Virus record (IMG/VR): IMGVR_UViG_3300021376_000030
Span: 20,920 to 84,919 of that record
DNA length: 64,000 nucleotides
DNA from: a virus
Reading direction: 5' to 3' (one strand)
Shown here piece after piece: positions 1 to 7,387 of this stretch. The notes below the pieces were generated by a model. That model was not told where the DNA came from. It made no database searches and was given only the letters and a program-made list of their open reading frames with translations. Positions within the stretch are counted from its first letter, which is position 1. Each line of letters opens with the position of its first letter. Position numbers and translations under genes: made by a program.

Positions 1-148
1 TTTAAACCTGATGGATATAGAAAAGATGGACATTTAGTATACATTGACTATAGATGTGCAAAAGAGTTAATAAAAAAACTAAACTCTCAGATTAGAGAAA
101 TTGAAGCTACTTATTACCCTGCAGAATTATACAATAGAATAAATAAGA

Positions 149-391
149 TTGTATATGAAGGAGCAGGGCTCCAGCGGCAATAAAAAACCTTATTATTCCT
201 TGCAAGCATTTTTTGATTTGTTAGGAAAAATGGATGGAAGCGGTATTAATAGTATAGCATATGATAACTTTAAAACAAACCGTGAAGTTATAAATTTTAA
301 TATGGATCTTTATGACAACTTTCACGGACGAGATGGGTGGAATTATAATCTTTTAACTGGCAAACTCGAACGATTAGATAATAATAAGTAA
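149..391 (+). CDS. hypothetical protein
   Basis: 80 aa ORF with no recognised motif; overlaps the end of a partial frame-1 ORF (1..183). Confidence 0.4.
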   Translation: MYMKEQGSSGNKKPYYSLQAFFDLLGKMDGSGINSIAYDNFKTNREVINFNMDLYDNFHGRDGWNYNLLTGKLERLDNNK

Positions 392-424
392 TTGCACCTG
401 TAACACAGCTGAGAAGAGCAGGAC

Positions 425-501
425 GTGCCCGTAGCTCAATTGTCTAGAGCAGCGCTCTTCTAAAGCGCAGGTTGCAGGTTAGATTCCTGCCGGGCACGCC
501 A
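425..501 (+). tRNA. trnR: tRNA-Arg(TCT)
   Basis: Acceptor GTGCCCG/CGGGCAC, anticodon arm GCGCT-CTTCTAA-AGCGC, encoded CCA; T-loop slightly atypical (TTAGATT). Confidence 0.9.
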
Positions 502-543
502 ATTAGAACTAGTTCTAGTTGGTTCAATCCATCCCTATTCAAT

Positions 544-615
544 GCCAGAGTAGCACAACGGAAGTGCGCCTCATTTGTAATGAGGGGGTTATCGGTTCAA
601 ATCCGATCTCTGGCT
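544..615 (+). tRNA. trnT: tRNA-Thr(TGT)
   Basis: Acceptor GCCAGAG/CTCTGGC, anticodon arm CCTCA-TTTGTAA-TGAGG, T arm ATCGG-TTCAAAT-CCGAT. Confidence 0.92.
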
Positions 616-619
616 CGTT

Positions 620-692
620 TGCCAGGTGGTGCAATTGGTAGCACAGCAGACTTTGGATCTGCGTGTTCTAGGTTCGAGTCCTAGCCTGGCAG
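620..692 (+). tRNA. trnQ: tRNA-Gln(TTG)
   Basis: Acceptor TGCCAGG/CCTGGCA, anticodon arm GCAGA-CTTTGGA-TCTGC, T arm CTAGG-TTCGAGT-CCTAG. Confidence 0.92.
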
Positions 693-742
693 ATTACGCT
701 TTTTATTATGTATTATTTAATGTATAGAACATAAATAATTAT

Positions 743-961
743 ATGCCTGTGACTGTTACAAAAGTAGATACTTTTCAAGCCAAACTGAATAGTGCGTTAT
801 TCAATCTAACTCAAGCTGATTCAACGACATATCCTGCTATTACATCTGTGAGGATTGAAGGACCAGATACATCAAACGCATTTCCCAATTCAACTTTTGA
901 GCCTTTGACAGCTTACTATATCTTTGATCAGTACGCAATAAGAACTAAAGCTGCTGTATAA
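743..961 (+). CDS. hypothetical protein (late gene)
   Basis: 72 aa ORF directly preceded by a TAAATA late-promoter-like motif. Confidence 0.65.
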   Translation: MPVTVTKVDTFQAKLNSALFNLTQADSTTYPAITSVRIEGPDTSNAFPNSTFEPLTAYYIFDQYAIRTKAAV

Positions 962-991
962 GCTAGTACAATACCGACTAAATAATGTTAT

Positions 992-1663
992 ATGAATATA
1001 GATGAACTATGGGCAAATAAACAAGCCGCAGATGGTCTATTAGCATTGATAATAGCATTTGTTACTGGTGTTTTAAGCCCCATAGTAGCTTCATGGGCAA
1101 GAGCAAAATTTACCAAACAAGATGTTAAAATAGATGAAGAAGAAACCGATGAAATTTTAAAAATGTTACACGCAAATGAACGAATTGATAGTAGGTTAGA
1201 AAGTTTTCGAGCTGAACATAATTTTGATAGAGTATGGATTGCTCAATTTCATAATGGCGGGTCCTTCTATCCTTCAGAAAGAGTATTAAACAAATTTCAA
1301 AAATTAAGCTTAACTTATGAAGCTTGTAAAAATGGAATATCCTCTGAATTAAGCACAGTACAAAATATACCAGTATCACTATTCACGGGTGTTTTAAGAA
1401 AAGTAAAAGAAGAAGGACATTTTGGAATAGATGACATTGATAAAGCATCTGATACCGGCATGTCATTAAAATCGTTTTGGATTGAAAGAGGGGTGCGAGG
1501 TTTTCATATTGCCGCAATTAAATGCTTAAACAAAAAATTGTTGGGTTTATTAATTGTGGATTGTGTAACTGATCCTTGCGAATTTAGTAAAGAAATAATA
1601 GATACATTAATTATTGAATCAAAAATTTTAGGCGGCTATTTAATAAAACAAGAAGTTGATTAA
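992..1663 (+). CDS. membrane-anchored GAF-like protein, possible T4 holin T-like
   Basis: One N-terminal TM helix (LLALIIAFVTGVLSPIVA), then a GAF-like soluble domain (DRVWIAQFHNGG...LLGLLIVD); TAAATA upstream. Confidence 0.5.
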   Translation: MNIDELWANKQAADGLLALIIAFVTGVLSPIVASWARAKFTKQDVKIDEEETDEILKMLHANERIDSRLESFRAEHNFDRVWIAQFHNGGSFYPSERVLNKFQKLSLTYEACKNGISSELSTVQNIPVSLFTGVLRKVKEEGHFGIDDIDKASDTGMSLKSFWIERGVRGFHIAAIKCLNKKLLGLLIVDCVTDPCEFSKEIIDTLIIESKILGGYLIKQEVD

Positions 1664-1688
1664 GAGCAATATTATGTATAATAAATTT

Positions 1689-1853
1689 ATGACTGATGAT
1701 GAGTATAAATCATTAGAAGTAGATGCTGCATCATTATACCTATTGAGACGACAGAAAGAAACACTTCATCAACGAGTTTCAGATTTTTTAAGAATAATCA
1801 TAATTTCTGTTCCTATTTTAATAACATTTATAATTTATTTAATTTTTAATTAA
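1689..1853 (+). CDS. small membrane protein
   Basis: C-terminal TM helix; start moved to ATG 1689 behind a TTGATT..TATAAT promoter. Confidence 0.6.
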   Translation: MTDDEYKSLEVDAASLYLLRRQKETLHQRVSDFLRIIIISVPILITFIIYLIFN

Positions 1854-1854
1854 T

Positions 1855-2133
1855 GTGCGTGTTATATTGCGGCTTAAGATAGAGGAAAAGTATCATACCA
1901 GTAAATACCGGTCTGAGACTCAGCATTTAATTGTAGAGACTGTTATGATGGCCATCGATAAATTTAGTCTTGTGGATGATTTTTTTGAAATGATTGTTGT
2001 GACTAAAGATGATTATGTTACTAAATGTTATTTAAAAATGTCAGAAGAAATTTACGAGTATTTTTTGGATTCTTACGGGGGTAAAAAATATCTGGAAAGA
2101 GATTACCAAGTTATTTTTTTAAAAACCGCTTGA
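1855..2133 (+). CDS. hypothetical protein
   Basis: 92 aa ORF tightly packed after the previous gene. Confidence 0.6.
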   Translation: MRVILRLKIEEKYHTSKYRSETQHLIVETVMMAIDKFSLVDDFFEMIVVTKDDYVTKCYLKMSEEIYEYFLDSYGGKKYLERDYQVIFLKTA

Positions 2134-2163
2134 TATTTTATAATTTTCATTTATTTTAAATGT

Positions 2164-2319
2164 ATGCATAACTTTTTAATCAATGTATTTTTTGTTGGTT
2201 GGATTGTTATTCTAGTTGGCTATGTATATTACAATTTTGCTTTCTATCTTACTCGACGTAAGAAGAATGGTGGAGGTGGCCCACGTTCGCGTGGACGCCC
2301 TGCTACTATAAACAAGTGA
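2164..2319 (+). CDS. small membrane protein (51 aa, below ORF-track cutoff)
   Basis: MHNFLINVFFVGWIVILVGYVYYNFAFYLTRRKKNGGGG...: TM helix plus basic tail; promoter-like TTGATA upstream. Confidence 0.55.
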   Translation: MHNFLINVFFVGWIVILVGYVYYNFAFYLTRRKKNGGGGPRSRGRPATINK

Positions 2320-2381
2320 GGTTTAGGGTGACCCTCTTAAGTAAAAACCCTATATTTTTTCGAATACGATAGGGGGCTTTT

Positions 2382-2472
2382 GCCTCCGTCGTCTAACTGG
2401 TTAAGACCCACGACTTATACTCGTGAAGCTCTAGATTTGGGCGCAATGTAGGTTCGAATCCTACCGGAGGTA
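2382..2472 (+). tRNA. trnI: tRNA with TAT anticodon (nominal Ile) and long variable arm
   Basis: Acceptor GCCTCCG/CGGAGGT+A, D arm GTCT/AGAC, anticodon arm CACGA-CTTATAC-TCGTG, ~22-nt variable region, T arm GTAGG-TTCGAAT-CCTAC. Confidence 0.85.
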
Positions 2473-2514
2473 GAAAAACCTTGCAAATAACAATAATTCT
2501 ATTATTATAATTTT

Positions 2515-2664
2515 ATGGCTGGCAAAGGATCAAAACCGCGTAGTTGTTTTAGTAAGAAATTTAAAGATAATTTTGACGCAATTGAGAACTGGGCTTCCAA
2601 AGAAAATAAAGAGATCAGAAATTATACCGTTAAAAAAGGTAAAAAAATTTACAAATACCCCTGA
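2515..2664 (+). CDS. small basic phage protein (49 aa)
   Basis: MAGKGSKPRSCFSKKFKDNFDAI...; the GKGSxPR start resembles a common small phage protein family; TATAAT just upstream. Confidence 0.65.
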   Translation: MAGKGSKPRSCFSKKFKDNFDAIENWASKENKEIRNYTVKKGKKIYKYP

Positions 2665-2665
2665 T

Positions 2666-2738
2666 GGCCCAGTATTCCAATGGCAGAGAAAAACGACTTA
2701 AAATCGTTCAAGTGTCAGTTCGAGTCTGACTTGGGCCA
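2666..2738 (+). tRNA. trnL: tRNA-Leu(TAA) with short variable loop
   Basis: Acceptor GGCCCAG/TTGGGCC+A, anticodon arm AACGA-CTTAAAA-TCGTT, 5-nt variable loop CAAGT, T arm GTCAG-TTCGAGT-CTGAC. Confidence 0.88.
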
Positions 2739-2741
2739 CAT

Positions 2742-3032
2742 ATGAACTCAGATAAATTATTTGAGCAGTTGGAAATTTTGGATAATTATTATCGGTGGTC
2801 TGTAAAAGAATTAGATAAAATAATAAAGAAGTACATAAAGATAGAGGAAAACCCTGAGTTTGATATATCTAAAGAAGATAAGCTAGATGCATTGGTGAAT
2901 CAATTTAATGAACTAGACCGAAGACATAAAGCTAATGAAGCTGTTTTTAGGAAGCTTATATTAGAGTCTAGGCAATATTTTTTAGACAAATATAATTTAG
3001 ATATATTGAAAATAGTTAATAAACATTTATAA
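2742..3032 (+). CDS. hypothetical protein
   Basis: 96 aa helical ORF. Confidence 0.6.
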   Translation: MNSDKLFEQLEILDNYYRWSVKELDKIIKKYIKIEENPEFDISKEDKLDALVNQFNELDRRHKANEAVFRKLILESRQYFLDKYNLDILKIVNKHL

Positions 3033-3039
3033 TAAACAA

Positions 3040-3222
3040 ATGAGGAAGCTTACCAGGAAACAAATTCGGAAGCTTAAAAAAGAAGGCAGACTTCGTGATG
3101 AGATAGAAATTTGGGTTGACCGTCACAATCATAAGTTAGAGTTGCTTCGTACGTGCGCAAGCTTGATTGCGGCCATTAGTTCAGCATTAGTGTTGTTTAA
3201 AGTAGTATTGCATTGGTTTTAA
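3040..3222 (+). CDS. small membrane protein
   Basis: Basic N-terminus and hydrophobic C-terminal helix. Confidence 0.6.
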   Translation: MRKLTRKQIRKLKKEGRLRDEIEIWVDRHNHKLELLRTCASLIAAISSALVLFKVVLHWF

Positions 3223-3623
3223 TGAAAGTTTTTGATCGTATTAAAGAGGTGAGTCTGGCCCTCTTACAAGAGCACCCTGCCTGTCATAGATGCAGGCATT
3301 TTAGTTTTATTTTAGATGGATCACATATACTAAAAATTGGTTATAATAGAAGAAAAACCCACCCTAAAAATCTTTTATATGCATATAAAAATCGCAGGGG
3401 AGAGTTCATGGCCGATCAAATTGGTATTCACAGTGAAATGGACGCAGTAATTAAATTGGGCTATACTGATTGTTCGGGGCTAACATTGGTAAACACAAGA
3501 ATTAACAGAAACAATGTGTTTGATATGAGTAAGCCATGTAATGGTTGTTTAGATATGCTTAGAAAATTAAACTTTAGTAAAGTATTTTATATTGACAATA
3601 GCAAGCAGTTTAGACAGCTTTAA
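3222..3623 (+). CDS. cytidine/deoxycytidylate deaminase-fold protein
   Basis: Zn-deaminase motifs IHSE and KPCNGC; TAATG overlap with the upstream stop. Confidence 0.8.
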   Translation: MKVFDRIKEVSLALLQEHPACHRCRHFSFILDGSHILKIGYNRRKTHPKNLLYAYKNRRGEFMADQIGIHSEMDAVIKLGYTDCSGLTLVNTRINRNNVFDMSKPCNGCLDMLRKLNFSKVFYIDNSKQFRQL

Positions 3624-4282
3624 TCTTCTGGAAGCGGTAACCCTGGGGGAAGACTTGGTACATTTACCGGAAAAGGTATTTTCCAGTGATCTACATTTGC
3701 ATAGACTGTAGGTATCGTTTTTAACCAGTCACTATGTTTTTTGAGTTTAGTTGTTTCTTCCTCAGAAAAATATTCAGGAAACTTAGAAAGATATTTATCA
3801 ATAGTATTTGCGAAGCTTAAAAAACCGTTCAAGGTTGTTTCTCTAGTATTTGCATGTATTCTGTAGGGAAATGAAGCGCTTATCTTATTAGTTTCATGAT
3901 CAAATTTTATTCCAGGAAACGTAATTACAAGACCTATAACCCCTGTACCTTTACTATAAGTAAACGTATATTTTCCTCCCGGGACATCTTCTTCAAAATC
4001 CGGCACATCTTCATTTGTATAATCACCCGTTACAGATGCAGCACCTACAAGATTATCTAATGCATCAACAACTATAAATGCGTGCCCTGGTATTCTACAT
4101 TCTTTAGGTACTACAGGCTTTATATCCGTTTTGTCAACAACCCCGTTTATGGTACCGTCTTCTAATGTTACATCAAGTGTTAGAAATCTATTTCCTGTAT
4201 AAATACAATTTACAGTATTATTTTTTAAGGTAGTTGTCTTATAAGGTTCGTCTGGCAAAATAAATGTAAATGGCTTATTCAT
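3620..4282 (-). CDS. hypothetical protein, possible tail-fibre accessory/chaperone
   Basis: Last gene of the fibre operon; C-terminal W/P-rich HWKIPFP motif. Confidence 0.55.
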   Translation of the reverse strand: MNKPFTFILPDEPYKTTTLKNNTVNCIYTGNRFLTLDVTLEDGTINGVVDKTDIKPVVPKECRIPGHAFIVVDALDNLVGAASVTGDYTNEDVPDFEEDVPGGKYTFTYSKGTGVIGLVITFPGIKFDHETNKISASFPYRIHANTRETTLNGFLSFANTIDKYLSKFPEYFSEEETTKLKKHSDWLKTIPTVYANVDHWKIPFPVNVPSLPPGLPLPED

Positions 4283-4289
4283 ATTTTAT

Positions 4290-5327
4290 TTATTGTTGAA
4301 AAAAGCAAGAGTCACAACATATAAATTTTATTCTGACAGCACCTAACCCTCCTCTATAGCCGCCACTTCTTACATTTACACAACTACTATGTGCGGGGCC
4401 AGCAAATCCATAAGGAACGTAGGGTAAACAACCGTTTGTTTCATAACACCCACACATTGTTGCACCACTCCAACATTGAAACGGTGCCCAGCCATAAGTT
4501 GGAAATCTAGAAGCAGCTTGAATTGCATAAAGATAGTTATTAAGACCTTGACCTGACCAATTCGCACCCCCATCAGTGCCATTACCGTGTTTATAATGTA
4601 TAACTGCGGGATCTTCAGATATAGTACCTGCAGGAGCCCATACATGCATTTGTGAGTAACATGCAACAAAATATAACGCATCACAATGCATAAAGTTTGT
4701 ACAAGAGAAACACCCTATACAATTTACATCACCTCCATACGCACATGCAGGCGCCCTACATTGTGCACAAGGTCCTCCTACGTTGCCAGTATTACAAATA
4801 ACACCGCACCCCTCGCCATGTGAAGCAAATTGAGACCCAGGAAATCCTATGCTCAAAAAACAACAAAACGGAGTATAAGAAGCCGTGTTACACAGGCTTG
4901 TTCCTCCTATACCGCCTTCCGCACACATACACCCGTTTGTGTTTCCGCAACAATCGCATGCGCCGGTCCAGCATATTCCGGTTGGTTCTCCTCTTCCTCT
5001 TACATAAAAATCTCCAGAATCATTATTAGCGCATGATAGACCGGGTGAGCCGTTTACAAAAGAATTAGGATATACACAAATAGTTTTTTTAGAATACGCT
5101 CCAGGATTGCCTGGTATTCCACCTCCACAGCAACACATACGAGCACCAGATCCACCAGAACCCCATATTTCTATTAAAGCGTTCCCACACCCTGGAGACG
5201 GCCAATAAAATCCGCAAGTTAATCCAACCTGGGTTGAAGGGGCAAAAGTCCAAATTCTTCCTCTATCTAAATTGTCTTCTCTCGGAACAACCTGTCTACG
5301 TGTTAGTAATGTGGTTAATGATGCCAT
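4290..5327 (-). CDS. Cys/Gly-rich virion protein, paralog 3
   Basis: IEIWGSGGSG..CCCGGG..GNPGAY and terminal GGLGAVRIKF glycine-rich-domain motifs; 34 Cys in 345 aa. Confidence 0.75.
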   Translation of the reverse strand: MASLTTLLTRRQVVPREDNLDRGRIWTFAPSTQVGLTCGFYWPSPGCGNALIEIWGSGGSGARMCCCGGGIPGNPGAYSKKTICVYPNSFVNGSPGLSCANNDSGDFYVRGRGEPTGICWTGACDCCGNTNGCMCAEGGIGGTSLCNTASYTPFCCFLSIGFPGSQFASHGEGCGVICNTGNVGGPCAQCRAPACAYGGDVNCIGCFSCTNFMHCDALYFVACYSQMHVWAPAGTISEDPAVIHYKHGNGTDGGANWSGQGLNNYLYAIQAASRFPTYGWAPFQCWSGATMCGCYETNGCLPYVPYGFAGPAHSSCVNVRSGGYRGGLGAVRIKFICCDSCFFQQ

Positions 5328-6355
5328 TATGATAATAAATATGGGAAATAGGTAAATTTTGCTGCTCCCAATCCTCCTCTCACTGCATGATCTCTAACAC
5401 CGGCGCAAGGAAATCCAGAAAGACCGCCCCACGCTATAGGTAGAGTTTGCTGACATTGTGTTTCTTCTCTACAACCATAAAACAAACATGCCCAACAATA
5501 TGCATAAGGTATTCCTCTTCCGGGAAATCTTGTTAAACCATTTATTGCATGAATCATAGGTATAACTCCTTGACCGGACCAATATGAATGACCATTAGTA
5601 TTTTCAGATGTTACTGCAATAGTTCCGCCCGGCTTAGACGAATAAAGACCGGGCGGTATGCCCATATGATTGATGAAATAACATGTATTACATTCGGCTT
5701 GACATCCAAAAAAAGCAGTGCACGAAACAGAGCTTCTTATTCCTATATCATTTTCACAATTACACACGCTTACATATGCATTTCCATGATTTGATTCAGG
5801 ATAAGTAGAGCTAATATTACACACTATACCACAGTTTAACCAACAACAACAAAAACAACACGACGGTGTATTACACCAATCTGAGGCTCTAAAACAGCAA
5901 TAAACACTACCTCCAGTTAAACAAAATGCTGTACCTCCTAACCCCCCTTGTGCACAAGTACAGCCACAATATGTGCTTCCATCACAATTTAATGCACCAG
6001 ACCAATACCAGCAAGTTGCTTCACTACAGCCTTTAAAACAAACATTATCACAATGACAACCATGGCCTATATTACCACAAAATGTGGTTGATGGGTTAAC
6101 TCTTAAATGTACTTTTGCATATGCTCCTGAATTACCAGCAACTCCACCGCCACAACAACACATTTTTGCACCAGATCCGCCTGCACCCCACGATTCAAAT
6201 ATTACTGTACCGCAACCTGGTGGATTATAGCACCACGCATAAGGTATATCATAAAACTCTGTACCTGGGCAAAAAACTTGAACCTGACCTCTTTCTAGAT
6301 TATCCTCGTTAGGCACAACTTGTCTACGCGTTAATAATGTAGTTAAGGAAGCCAT
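5327..6355 (-). CDS. Cys/Gly-rich virion protein, paralog 2
   Basis: Same motifs (ESWGAGGSGAKMCCCGGG, RGGLGAAKF); N-terminus MASLTTLLTRRQVVP identical to paralog 3. Confidence 0.75.
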   Translation of the reverse strand: MASLTTLLTRRQVVPNEDNLERGQVQVFCPGTEFYDIPYAWCYNPPGCGTVIFESWGAGGSGAKMCCCGGGVAGNSGAYAKVHLRVNPSTTFCGNIGHGCHCDNVCFKGCSEATCWYWSGALNCDGSTYCGCTCAQGGLGGTAFCLTGGSVYCCFRASDWCNTPSCCFCCCWLNCGIVCNISSTYPESNHGNAYVSVCNCENDIGIRSSVSCTAFFGCQAECNTCYFINHMGIPPGLYSSKPGGTIAVTSENTNGHSYWSGQGVIPMIHAINGLTRFPGRGIPYAYCWACLFYGCREETQCQQTLPIAWGGLSGFPCAGVRDHAVRGGLGAAKFTYFPYLLS

Positions 6356-7368
6356 TATACACTTATTCTTTCTCTATCAACATAATCTAGATAGGTTATT
6401 TTTATATGACCCATTCCTCCCCGGTAGCCTACCCCCCGATAATTTACTACAGATGTATTATCAGGTATAGCGCCAACACCTGGGGGAAAATATTGTATAC
6501 AACCAGACATATCATAGCCGTTACAAACCCCGGTATAAGCACCCCAACAAGCTGCAGGAGGAAATCCAGTTGCAGGATTTCTTGATGCTACATTTAATGC
6601 ATTTATAAATTGATGATAGCCAATACCTTGAACATTTGCATAACATCCGCCGCACGATCCATTCCAGTCTCTTTGAAATGTAATTATAGCACCGTCTGTT
6701 GATATAATACCTGGAGGTACCGGTACATGGTGAAGTGCAAAACAGTATTCACAACACGGGTTACAACCTAACATAAACGTAGTACAGCCTACTATGCTGG
6801 GGCAATTTATATCACCTCCAAATGCGTTTCCAATCGCTACACTGCTAGAGGTATTGCAAATTATACCACATCCTGGGCCAGTAAAACATCCCTGCGATCC
6901 GCAATATCCAGCTGCAATAAAACAACAATATATACTACCAGTGTTTATACAAAGTGTATTACCGCCGAATCCACCCTGTGCACACATACACCCACATGTA
7001 TTATTTGCACCTGTCCAGCAAATACATGTAGATTCACTACAACCTCGAAAATTTAATGCGGGGTTATTACAAGAGTGACCGGGCCATCCGCATACATAAC
7101 TTCCTGCACAAACTTCTATAGTTTTCTTAGCATATGACCCGGAATTACCAGGGGTCGCACCTCCACAACAGCACATCCATGCCGAGGAGCCACCCGCGCC
7201 CCATATCTCTATAATTGCTGTACCATTTCCTGGTGCATTCCAACAAAAATAACACTGCGCATAGGTATATATATTACCATTTGTATAGCTATGCAGCTTA
7301 CCCTCTTCTTGATTATTTTCTAATGGTCTTAACTGTCTTTGTGTTAAGAGTTTATTTAACGAGGCCAT
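6355..7368 (-). CDS. Cys/Gly-rich virion protein, paralog 1
   Basis: IEIWGAGGSS..CCCGG..GNSGSY and RGGMGHIKITY motifs. Confidence 0.75.
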   Translation of the reverse strand: MASLNKLLTQRQLRPLENNQEEGKLHSYTNGNIYTYAQCYFCWNAPGNGTAIIEIWGAGGSSAWMCCCGGATPGNSGSYAKKTIEVCAGSYVCGWPGHSCNNPALNFRGCSESTCICWTGANNTCGCMCAQGGFGGNTLCINTGSIYCCFIAAGYCGSQGCFTGPGCGIICNTSSSVAIGNAFGGDINCPSIVGCTTFMLGCNPCCEYCFALHHVPVPPGIISTDGAIITFQRDWNGSCGGCYANVQGIGYHQFINALNVASRNPATGFPPAACWGAYTGVCNGYDMSGCIQYFPPGVGAIPDNTSVVNYRGVGYRGGMGHIKITYLDYVDRERISV

Positions 7369-7387
7369 AGCATTACCTTTCTGAGGG

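Noticed and set aside
392-543. Possible tRNA remnants flanking tRNA-Arg (e.g. TGGTTCAATCCA T-arm-like at ~519-530)
   Set aside because: No complete cloverleaf or acceptor stem can be built.
472-684. 70-aa ORF
   Set aside because: It lies across three tRNA genes and is a spurious translation.
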